The notes under the pieces are model-generated. The model searched no databases. It was not told the origin of the DNA and worked only from the letters and a program-made list of their open reading frames with translations. A stretch of DNA of 64,000 bases from Paragordius varius (lineage: Eukaryota; Animalia; Nematomorpha): the NCBI GenBank assembly GCA_964247055.1, contig OZ176053.1, forward strand, positions 10,850,001 through 10,914,000, read 5' to 3'. This document shows positions 24,192 through 37,200 of the stretch, in pieces; position 1 is the stretch's first letter; each line of letters begins with the position of its first letter. The position numbers and the translations under genes were made by a program.

Positions 24192-27100
24192 TTTATTCAG
24201 AAATTTATAAATTAAAAATGAATGATCAAAAATAAAAAATTTTTTAAAAGTGATATATGTAGATTAAAATATGCGTGAACTTGTAGAAATGTTAAAATAA
24301 AAATGATAGACTTTAGAGGAAATATATACGAAACACACTTTATCAATACACATGTATAAATAGGATAACAGATATTAGTATAATATTGTGTGTTTTTCAA
24401 GAGTAGAGAGATTAAACAGATAAGAAATTTTATAAATTTTACAAAGAAATTTTTAATCAAGTGAAAAATATATAGTTTACATATGACGATATTCTAAAAT
24501 TTATTTCAATTTAATATGGAAAATATTTTTGTGTAAAAATTTTCCGGCAAAATTTTCACCAAAACATATTTATGGCCAAAACTTTAAATAAAACACCTTA
24601 ATGGAATAAAGTGACAATTAATTTATAATGGAAGTTAAAACACTTAACAATTCACCAAGGACCTATAAAATTTTTGTGGTTATCGCCTCTAAAATGGCTA
24701 TCTGAATTTTATTATAAATTGAGAGTATCGTCATATCCATTTTATTATTTTAAGGCAAATAAAAAATCATTTTTTAAAAGATATTATTGACACTATTAAA
24801 AATGAACTAATGATATTCAACATTAATTTTTATATTTTATATTATAATCATTTTGTAACAATATTCAGAGTTTACATGTTAAGTTGTATGTTCATATATA
24901 CTGATGTTACCTGTCAAATCAAGCAATGTTATAAAGCAAAACATTGTTTTATCAAACCTAAATAAGCTTCTTGTTTTTTTAAAAAATAGATATCTGATTA
25001 TACATATTGCAATTAATATGTCAAATATATTTATTGTATAAGGTTGGTTGATATTGTATTCAACACTAAAACAATAATGCTTCTGTAAACTAAAGAGATT
25101 ATATCTGCTTTTTAATATTTTAACAATCTATGATCAATTTTTGGAATTTTATCTTTATTAATTTTGCTACTAAAATAAAATGTTTGTATCTAAAAATTTA
25201 TAAAATCAATCTTTATTAAAAATATGATAAATAGTATGTAACATTTGTAAGTCACAATTAAATTTCTTTAACATATATATAAATAAAATAAGAGAGACAA
25301 AAAAGATAATTATAACATGGTAAAAGGCGCGTCAAAACCGGATAAAAGAATTAAGCCGACTATTTATTTAAGGGATGACTTATACATAAGATTTATAATT
25401 GATCTGATTGTGTAAGACAGATATAAAGGTGAATATATATATCATTACACTATGATCAAGTCCCATGCAAATTTATTAAACTATTTCATTATATATCTTT
25501 ATTTGAATCGTGCATATTTAAATTCACGATTCTTCAAAATCATTGAGATTTTAAATCCTCAAATTTTAAATAAAACGAACGGGGTATGAAAAATTTTATT
25601 GGCTAATTAAAGGATAATTTAACACATTACACAGAATGTACTCACTCTTCTTCTTATTAGCACCAATAAAAATGTAGCAAATGTTTTTTATCGGTTTTTT
25701 TGTTGCTTGTTTCAATTCTTTTGACTCTATAAAAATTAACGGGAACGAATCCTAAAATTTAACCAATTATTTGCAAATTGGAATTATCTTTTTAAAAAGT
25801 TCAATCTAAACAGCGGCAAGCAATAAAAATGATAAAAAAAACGGTACAATTGATGAAAATTAAAAAGTTTATATTATCAAATATCAAATGTTTCATGTAC
25901 AAAGTTCACCTTATTTGAGCCCCAAAAAACTAAATAATAAAATTTAAATGTAATTTGTTAAATAAATTATTTCATGTAATTTTTCAAGCTTATATATCTC
26001 TCAGAATATCATATTCACCACTATATATACCTATTTTTTAATTTAATTTATTAGACAAGTATTTTCATAACTTTTTTAAATGGCAAAAATATTATTCTTA
26101 TTATATAATAACTCAAAAAGATTTAATTTTTTTTCTCACATAACAACCAACAACTTTATTATATGTATATATTTACCGACATTGGCGACAAATTTGTCAC
26201 TTATCTGATTATTTTTTATGCTACTGTTTTTGTTTTGTTTTATTTCTTATATCCATAAAAAACAAAATGTATCACAAAAAATAAACTTACCTGCGTTTTT
26301 TTTCTTTAAATAATAAAAATATTTATAATATTTTTTTTTACAAAAATTCTAGACTTAACACTTTTTAGAGACACCACTATTTTATAACCCAATACCATTT
26401 ACAAAAAATTTGGTTTATAATTAAAATAGTATAGAAAAATTTAAAAATTTAATTATTTATCTCCAAAAAGATTTTATACGCCCACCAAATAACCAACCAT
26501 ATTTGTGAACACATATAAAAAAGTTTTTTATGCCAAATTTTCGGCATCCTCACATAAGAGACTTCAAAGAAAATGGTTTAGGATTTTGTATTATGATAAA
26601 ACTACGCCATTACACCTATTTGGTGACTCAAAAAAATTATCTAACTTATTTCTTTATACATAATGTTAACACTAAATTTAATTTAATTTTACAAAGTTAT
26701 AGTAATAAAAATTGAAAACAAAATCATATTTTATAAAAACAACCTAAATTTTTAATTGTAACAAATATGTGTTATTAGTTGTCATATAAAATAATTATTT
26801 TTGAATGGGATACGCAATTAGGCGCTATCTATGTAATTGCTAATGATTAAAATATATATTCCCTACACTCGGTTTTTGATGAGTAAGAGATTATGTATAT
26901 ATTAAAGTCAAATTATTTAACCAATAATCAAATATTTTTATGATTCCAATAGAATCACAACTTAAAAATGGCCTTAAAAATATATTAACCAACTTTTTTC
27001 CTACAATATCTGTATTCCTATTTTGGTATGGTGTGAAAAGTGAAAAGGCGACAGTCTTTATATATATGATTTTTTATAACAAAAAAAGTTTGTTATCTAC

Positions 27101-27537
27101 ATATAATTTTATAAATTTTAGTGGTCATCTGAATGTATACCACCTACCTTTGTATTTTTTGCTATTGAGATAAAAGATGCGTTTTAGGCGACAGGAAATA
27201 TGTAAAAAATATCTATATATGTGTAAGTATGGCTTTCTTACTCGACAAAGAAAAATTAGCACATAGAGTATTATAAAAATATTTTTTAAATTAACCCTTG
27301 TTAAAATTAAACAACTCAAAAAATGATTTATCTAATCATAAATTTTTATGATATAAAAGAAATAAAAACAGGATGTATCAATTTTACAATATCGGCGGCC
27401 TAATTAAAAATCTTGCAAATACATATGTACATGTGAGAATATCGAAATGGCACTTGTTATTAAATTTTCTACCATAACTTTTATAGAGAACTAAAAAATA
27501 TGTTAATTAAAAAAGTATAAAATTATATATACACATA

Positions 27538-27719
27538 CAGTGGCGTATGCAGTAAAAGATTGTTAGTGCAAAGTAATCTTAATGAACACAAAACAGGGGG
27601 ACAATTTTCATATATTAATTATCATTCCGTCCTATTTATAACCATATCCATAATATCCCCCTGTTTTGTGTTCATTAAGATTACTTTGCACTAACAATCT
27701 TTTACTGCATACGCCACTG
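27538..27719. mobile_element. Tc1/mariner-type MITE with perfect 64-bp TIRs and TA TSD
   Basis: TA|CAGTGGCGTATGCAGTAAAAGATTG...AACAGGGGGA (27538-27601) is the exact reverse complement of 27656-27719|TA, with a 54-bp spacer. Confidence 0.88.
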
Positions 27720-28432
27720 TATTTGTTTGCAATCGGTTGAATATGCTAATATCGGTTGGTAAATATAATTAATTAATATTTTAAAAACGTATTAATCTTT
27801 TATAAAGCAATCTGGTATTTTTATACTATATGTTTTTATCAATGATATTGAATATATATCTGTCATTCTGAATCACAAAAACAAAATGATTTTGTTACAT
27901 AATCATTAAAAAATGTAGATTTTATAAAAAAGAGTGTGTACATGTAAGTTAATGAATTTTATACATGTATAAACAAAATGATTTAATCAAGATGGTTAGT
28001 TTATTTTTTACCATAACTCAACATATGTAATTTTATATGAAAAAGTTGTCTAAAACTCTTTTTTCTCTTTTATAATATGCCGCTCCTAGCTTTAATACTA
28101 AAAAATAATTGATAAAAAGTTACATAAGATCACACATAAATATTGTATTTTTTTTGTTTTTTTTTTAAAAAAAAACCAAATGCCGTGTCATGCAAAATTA
28201 ACTAATATAAAAGTGATATATTATAAATTCATTAGCTTTATTTTGGGATCTCTTCAAATATTAACCAATTAGATATACGATTTTTACATGATGAATGGAT
28301 TATTAGGATGCTAATTAGAGTTTAGCTTTTATTTCTAAAAGCAATTATATATATTATAACAACCAATTGATATATTTTAGATTTCACAAAAGTCTAATCC
28401 ACACACAATACAGCTCTGTCTATACCTGTCTT

Positions 28433-28436
<4 letters not shown>

Positions 28437-28476
<40 letters not shown>
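28437..28476. repeat. (TA)n microsatellite, one interruption
   Basis: TA run in the intergenic region between the T-box gene and lipin. Confidence 0.9.
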
Positions 28477-28478
<2 letters not shown>

Positions 28479-30608
28479 TGTTTTGAAATAGATTTCGTGA
28501 TATCATTTATTATACAATACATTACAACATATTGAATGATAAAAGAACGTACTTTGTCTAATGATACGAAAAAAAATTATAATAATTGTAATTATATATT
28601 GTATTTATTCCCGGAAATCTGCATTAGTTTCAAAAAAATGTAAATATACTTACCGGCCATTTTTAGATTTTTGAAAATAAAACACTCTTTGTTAGTTAGT
28701 TAAGTATAAAAAAAACATGTATATATAAGGATTATATATACACTTAGTTATATTGTCGCATGCACTCAACGCAAAGGCTTGATATCGTTAATAAGCTTTA
28801 ATATTTCTCTAATTTGTCAAAAATTTGATTAGTTATATAATATCATACAATATATATCCTATTTTATTTAAATTTATACATGTATAATATATAATAACTA
28901 GTCAAAAGCTAAAATATTTTATGTGTAATTTAAAATCTTGCTGCTTTTGATAAATCAAGTGTGCTCAATACAAAAAAATAATATGAACGAGCGTTTAATG
29001 TTGATTGGCGTGAGATTTTTACCTCAAATATTCTCATATTAAAAATACAAAAGTAAAATAGGTGAAGCATTAAAGCGAAAATCCGCAGGTATTTGTTTTC
29101 CTAACTTTCACAATGCTTATAATTATGGATTTATATTTATAGCCTTACATCTTAAGAAATTTGAAATTCGCTCTTTATATTTTAATAAATGTCAAGTTTA
29201 AGTAATAAATTTATTTATAAAATAAATAAATTTTATAAATTATTTGAAATATTTAAAATCAATTAGTCTAACCTCTAACATCTAAACATATATCGAGAAA
29301 TAGTTTTAAGAGTTTACATTGCATTTTAAGAATCCCTAAATAATAGATTTTATAGTGAGCTTTATTCCCCCTCTAACCACAGTGGCACACACCAAAAATA
29401 TAAGTAGTGCAAAAATATTTTATTAAGCGGATGACACTTCGACACCTATTATTTTACACACAAATGGCTTCGCGGGACGCATTCGAGTTATGGGTGGTGT
29501 TAATAAATATTTTATTACATTTTAAACACAAGACTAAATTGCAATCACAGTAAAACAATTATTTCTAGTTTGTCCTGGATAAATTTGCCATAAATTACAG
29601 ATACTTTATTGCAGCTATGGGTTGGGATTGATATAATCCTATATGGTGATTATTTTTGGATTTATTTTTAAACATATCCATTAACTGTGAATGAAGGTAC
29701 TGTTTCACATCACAAAAAAAACATATAATTAAAATGATTACAAGTCACTTGAGACGAATATATATTTTCCATGTTTAAAATCGATCTGACTTACATAACT
29801 TTAGGGTACCGCATATATCTTTCGTAAAGCCGAATAAACTAATGTATTAACTTTTACGGGGAGCTTGTTTAAGGAATTTCATTTATGTCAGTATCATAAT
29901 CGTCAATTCGATTCCGTTAATTTAATTAGATCGTATTTTGAATATAAAAATTTCCATTATTAAATCAAAAATTACATATCGAAAATCTAAAATAATTTTT
30001 ATAAGACATTTTCCTTTGGTTTTAATGTAAAAAAATATGTTTAAAAGTGATTTTTTACTGTTTTTTATGATCCATGATAACTAAAATTCTCTTTTATGAA
30101 TTTAAAATGCATAAACACCCAAAATTTTTATCGGAATTGGTCCCGAAAAACCGTTGATTTCGATTTAAATCATTTTATCATCTCTGACGGCTATAAAAAA
30201 TACTTATTTTAAAACGTTCGGAGCAAAAGAGGTATGGTTAAATAGGATATTTATGCCAAAATATCTGATCTGGTTTCCTTATTTTTCTGGCCAACAATAG
30301 TATTTTAAAAATTGTGATTAACAAAAATAAACCGTTAAAAGTAATTTTCCACCTTTTCCAACTCAATAATATAATTTGATGACTAATAATTTACAACAAA
30401 TAATATATATTTTAATTATAAAAAATTATTTCGACACAAAAACAGGTACGATAAATCCAATCCTAATTTTTACGCATTTCATTCGTAAAACATATTTGTA
30501 GTCATAATTAAGTAATTTTCTAGATAATTCAGCCAAATTATAATATGTAAAAATAAGAACAACAGCTTTTTTCCAATTCGATTGGCTGTATTAAAACCTA
30601 GAATACGT

Positions 30609-30650
<42 letters not shown>
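30609..30650. repeat. (TA)n microsatellite
   Basis: TA run with one interruption. It produces the spurious IYIYIY ORF 30479-30673. Confidence 0.9.
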
Positions 30651-30655
<5 letters not shown>

Positions 30656-31287
30656 TGCAATCATTTTTCCCAAAATAATTTAATTAATTTTGTTGAAACA
30701 AAGAATTTTAATGGTTTTCAAAATCTGTAGCCTAAAAAACATAAATCATCATTAATTTATACCAACAAATTTATAATGAAATTTATTTTATAATGTTGTC
30801 CTAAACATAAAACAAACATCGCAAATAATATAAATAAAAGTGTGGTATCATAATTAAAATGTCTCCGGACAAGATTGATAAATAAATTAGGTATACCATA
30901 CATATGCAATTATGATAGATAATTAGATATATAAAAAAACAAAAGATATGGTTAATCATTATAATTCATATATAAGCATTCATCGTAAGATTCACAACAT
31001 ATATATATTTATTAATTTATCTCATCACAGCTGTATTCAGATTTACCATTAATGGGTGATAGCTTATACTATATAAAAATAATAACACAGAAGTTTGGAT
31101 CTAAAGTATAGAAAGAAATCCTCGAAAAATTCTCAGTGTACCCAATTAAATGGCTTGGATATTATATTATAAAATTTGCGCCTAGTTTATATATACCATA
31201 ACAACTAGGCTCAGATACATAAACACGCCTGTTATTAAATAAAAACCCCGGGGAGGATTAATTTCTATACTTTATAATGTAAGATGT

Positions 31288-34200
31288 TTAAGATTTGGCA
31301 TAAAGTGTTGTTTGAATATCACCGTTCTTTTTATCACTATTCTTGTTGTTTTTATTGCCAACTCCATACTTAGTCAATATATTTTCTTTTTTATCATCCA
31401 ACAAACATGGTTCATTATTTGTCATTGTTTGGGATGATGAGGTGTCAGGAATCACATAAGATTTAGATGCTTGTTTCTCAGTTTTAGTTTTATCAAAAGA
31501 GGTACTCTTGTCTTTAAAACTTTTATTTGTAGTTTTATTACTATTAACATTATCATTCATATAATCTTTATATTGCACATTAGTGAGGGTGAAATAATGT
31601 TCATTTTCATTCACGCTGGTCAAATCTTCATCAGTACTTGTAGGTTTTGTTCCAAACATACTGTTTTCCATATTGGCCGTAAATACAATTTTGTCAGTTG
31701 GGACTGGTAAAGTCGTTTGCTTTAGTTCTGCAAACAAAGGTTCTTTATCATGAGATTTTTCTTTTTCCAAATCCGGTTCTTTTAGCGTTAATTCTGGAGG
31801 TACCAACACCTTTTTCGGATTCTGAGCGATAAAAATATCACTATTATTGGTGGGTAACGAATCTTTTTTTATGGTCAAAGCTTTCATTTGCAAAGTTTCT
31901 TCGGGTTGTTTCGTATCGATAGGAAGTGATGGTAAAGGAGATCTCCAATACGTGAAATGACTAAATTTATCAGCCTCTAACAAAGTATCATTGGCATGAG
32001 ATTTAACCGAAAAAGATTTGTATGTAGGGTAGAGGGTCTTTTCAGGTCCTGTTATTGTTTCATTGTTGGGCACAAGTTCGTTTTGAATGTCCAAATTTGT
32101 GGTACCTTGTTTCCCTAATGTAAGAAAAAATAGAAAATGTAGGGTTTTCAAATATATCAATCAAAATCGGATAATAAATTATGGAAAATATTTTAAATTT
32201 TACATATTAGAATAAATTTGTTTGTATAATAGATTTAAAATTATATGGACAAAACGTAAAAATATAAAGATAAATATTTTTTTCTATAACCATAATTTTT
32301 ATCATTATTTATATTGAAGGTGTGAAAAAGAGATATATATATATATATATTACTAACACAATCCATTCTATATTTTAATAATTATATAAAGCTTATATAG
32401 CAAAAATTAATGTTTGAGAAGTATGTGGTTGTCTTTCAAAAAAATATTGGTCGTTCTATATTTACGCTTTGTCCGTAAAATTACAATTTTTACTGTCCAA
32501 TGGGAATAAACAAAGCAAATACCTATAATTTTGCCATTAGCAAACGGAGGAGAACTGAGTGATTCACTTCTGGCGTCCATATAATCATCTATGCAAGAAA
32601 TCTTGCGTGGCATGTGATATGTGTAACGGGGTCGTATAACAGGAGGAAAAACCTTTTACAAATACATAATATAGGTGTTGAAATATCTTAACCTCCCCAA
32701 AATTTTGAAAATATTAGACTCTTTAAAATTAAGTTATTTCGAGTTGTTTTTATAAAAAACATAACTTAATAATAGAAAGTCTGCCAATTTTGTTAGAAAG
32801 TCTTTATAAAGACTAATGTGTATGGTATTTAGAATTATAAATATATTATATCATTTGGAGAAATTTTAATTCCAATCATATACAGTATATAAGAAAAAAT
32901 AAATAATCATACTAATGCCTATTCTAATTTTATACTGTAATATAATAATAATAGTATACTTGATCTACCAAATCCTGAAGTTTTGTGTAAGATGTTAGAT
33001 AGGTTTTGGTCAAATCTACAGATATTTCGCCCCGATAATTGATGGTAAAAATGCGTGAAACTGGTATATCAACTGCACGGTACGCATAAACATCGTTGAT
33101 TCGATTCCCAAATCCGGCGTAAAATGGTGTAGCATATTTGGGAAACAAAGCGCGAATATCCATCAAACAAGAGATTTTAAATTCTTCAGGTTTTTTTTCA
33201 ATCACCTCTCTAAGCAATAAATATTTAAATTAATACATTGATAGCCCGTAGAAATCATTATTTGAGTACTTTTATGAATATAAAAGATATGCGAAATCAT
33301 CGATTAACTGATTATGCAATCAGTCTTTCTCATTTAATAAAGCAAAACAAAATTTGGCAATTATCTCGGTAACACAACTGATATTTTACATACAATTTAA
33401 GTTTTACACCAATATAATTTTTTCAGTTTTATGTGTTCATTCCTTAGTATTTTTATATATTGTATTTTTTAAAACAGTCACAAAAATGCAATTTATTAAC
33501 AGTCTAATCCATCCCTAGATACATAGTTTAACAACAAAGTTCTCTAATTAAATGTCAAAAATCGATTTGGAATAAACTTGTGTATGGCAGATAAGAGCGA
33601 ATTAGGGTTTAGTAGAATAGGTCCTTCAGGTAATGGCATATTGTTTTGTTTAAAGCTTTTTAGGTAACCTCGGGTTCCTGGTGCTTGGCCAATGGCACGC
33701 GATGATAGGTAGACAAATTTGTAACCTAATGTAATGGAAATTGGAATTTATAATGAATGTAATATTTTCATGTCTACGAATTTATGTGGACTAACTCATA
33801 TTTTGCATTTTTACGTAAAATATGTTATTATATGTGTTACTCATTAAAATATTTATAGCATTTTTTATATCCGATATTAGAAATTTTTGATGTGGGCATT
33901 TTTGAGGAAGCATATTTAGGCCAAAAATATTTATTATTTTTAATAAAATCATATTAGAGGGCGATTGATTTTAGATGTGCTATGCATGAAATTAGAATAT
34001 CCATTTATATGAAAAAAACCTTTGTTCATTGAAATACATGCCTCAATATAAACCATGTATTTAATCAAAACAAATTACAAAAAGTTGCAATTAAATTCCA
34101 GTTTTTGAAATAAATATATTCTACCATTTTTGCTTATTCGCGAATACAATTCGGCAACGCCATATTGGGACCAATCTTTTCCAAGGAAAGGGAATATATG

Positions 34201-37200
34201 GCCTAAGACATCAGATCTATCATTAAAATTATTAAATTAAGTTTTTTCATATATTAATATTTAATTTTTGCGTTTTTATAATGAAAAAGGATTCGAGTTT
34301 GACTGGTTGATATACCTTAATAATGTGACAAAGAACGCCTAGAAAAAAGCCATGTCAAATTATAGGAATGTTATCAAATATATTACATTATATAGGAGAA
34401 TAAAATATACAAATAAGAAATATTAAAGTTGAGTGAATTACGCATTGTATTTATGAAATTTATTAAAAAAATTAAGCTGAAATGCGTACAAATATAAAAA
34501 ATATATATTTGTACGCATTTCAGCTTAATTTTTTTAATAAATAAGAAATAATCGTGAAATTTTATTTTTTTTCATAATATAATTAAATATATAATCAACA
34601 CAATCCGATTTAAGTATTATTGTTTTACCGCATATATTAGCTTTAATATCAATTGATTATGATATAACCCGTCAAACCAACCCTAACCAAGAAAATATAA
34701 TAAATTAAAAATTTAATTTTCTTAAAGTATAAAAAGTGTATCTAAAAAATAAAAAAACTTTGTGATAGTTCCATCAATATCTGAAATGACAATTTTATCA
34801 TCAAAACTCCATAGAAAAATATGAGAAGCACAACGAGTTGTACCCTGAAATTGGGTTGTTACAGAAAACGTCACATCATTTATCCCATCACGTAAATTAA
34901 GTTTGGCCTACAAATAGAAAATATTTTATATAATAAAAATAAATTTATTAACAAAATTGGTAAGATCTTAATATATATTTGTTTTAATAATGTGTGACTG
35001 AATTAAAGTGAAAAAAATTAATGTCATTTAGTGTCCAATACTCATTTATTATAATTTACAATACAAACCGTTAAGATATTAATTCTCATTCTGTAATTTA
35101 CGTTTGCATGAGAAATAAAGTCACATATTATATCTTAACAAAAAAAATTATCAATAAAACATTAAGAAATTAATCAAAAAATCAATAATATGTTACAATT
35201 TGTTCCGAGGTTAGGCGAAGCGATTTAACCCATTTATGATGTGAGGTTGGGGTAGAGTTTTTATTATTCATTTCTATGTTTTCTCTATCAAAAATTAATT
35301 AGAATATTAAATTAAGTAAATTAGGTACAATGGTAAAACGAAAAATTACTGGGTAATCCTATCTTTTTCCTTTTCTGCCGTGTCCAATGATGCGGATCGT
35401 TTAAGAGGATGTTTCTATCATTACAATAAATTTCTTTAATTCATATTAATGTTTTTTTAATAGCTTAATCAAGCTTACGTACAGTAATGGGTTAATATTT
35501 CATAATAATCATTATTGATAAATATATTTAAATAAATAAAAATCTATTATAGTATGGCATGTGTCTTAGTTAATTACAAATTATATTTGACAATAGTGAT
35601 ATAATACAAAAATGAATTATATTCTAGCAACCAGCTAACCAACAAAACCTAACAATGTATTAAATGGAAAAGTTTATAATTTTATGGAATCATGTGTGGT
35701 TTTTCTAATTTATAAAAACTATTTTTCTTCAAACCAAACTCGAATTTAAATAAATTTGATAACCAAAAACTTTTCAAAGTTTGATGGTTTGTTTAGAAAT
35801 TATAAACCTCGCCTCCGTCCGTAGCCTGTATCATTTCACGTAAAGCTAAGGCTGTATCTTGGTCCACTATTTCTTCCGATTTGATTGATAATGCGTCAGG
35901 TTCGTGAGATCTTAAAATATATTTTTTTGTTTCATATAATTTTATATGGCTATGGAAGTCAAAACTAAATAAAAAGTAACCGATTGATAGGTTTTCCCAG
36001 CATGATTGTTGAAATATAATAATTAAAATTTTTAAGATAAAAAATAAAAAAAAACAAATATTTTCCAAAAGAAACCATATTTTTTTGCTTGCTTTTTTGC
36101 ATACATACCTAAATAATTAAATTGTGTTAAAAAATTGAGTGTGTTACCAATTTCCATCTCTTAACGATAGATAGGTAAAAAGTATCAATCTTTACCTATC
36201 ATATTGAATAATCTTTATAATTTAAATTTCTGATTTAAAATTCCATAAGCAAAAGTCAAAATTAGAATTACTTTTCAGATTTGGTCAAGGAGGATGGCTG
36301 ATTATTATTTCTTTGATGCCTACCTCGCCATGAAAACCAAGACGATTTAGCATGCGTAGATGTAGATAAGGGAGGATTAGATACAGAAACCTGTGTAGTA
36401 TTATTATCGATTGATTCATTTTTGGTAACCTGTGCCACATAAGGAGCTAATGACTCCTAAAATATATTAAAAATTTTGCAAATTATGTAAATTTTGGGAA
36501 AATTAAAAAATTATTAAGATAGGTATCACATATAGAGATTTGATTAATTAAAATATGACTGTTTTGATCTATTGAAATTGACTTGCAATAAAAATAAGGA
36601 AAAATATAAATGACAAGGGTAGAAAAAATCAATACTTCTGTAAGTGGTTTATCATAGATTAACATAGTAGCTAAAATAGGAATGGCTATTTTCCAAGGAT
36701 AATATCTATGTAAAGTAAATGCAACAGTTATATTTGTCGTAATGATTGAAAATTGTAAATCATATGAAAAACATCTTTTAAACAATGTGTTAAAAAGTTT
36801 AAAACAAATACTTTGCGCCAATCTTGCACACAAGATTAGGGTTCATGAAAATGCTGGTATCTTTGGCTATATCATCAAAAACTATCATCGATCTGTCAAT
36901 TAAATTATTAACAGGAATATAATAACATGAATCTATACCGAAAAAACAATATATTATGAAAAAATACATTAATATTATGGGTAATAGTATCTTAATACGT
37001 AATAAATTACAATTTATGCCACTATATCTTTTAGACAACATAAAATGTCATCAGAACACTGAAAAAATAAATTATAGTTTTATGATTAATTTAACATATC
37101 AAAATAAAAAAGTTTATATGAACCATACTTTAAGAAATCATTTTCATCAATATTTATATCAATCTTGGGTGACAATAAGGTTACTTCTGGAGATAAGGGA

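Noticed and set aside
24212-31200. Short ORFs in the intergenic tract (24212, 26530, 26940, 27125)
   Set aside because: They are F/I/L/K/N-rich compositional ORFs with no recognisable motif or consistent splice-phase chain.
36170-36200. 10-bp perfect inverted repeat GATAGGTAAA/TTTACCTATC
   Set aside because: It is short enough to be expected by chance in 64 kb of AT-rich DNA.
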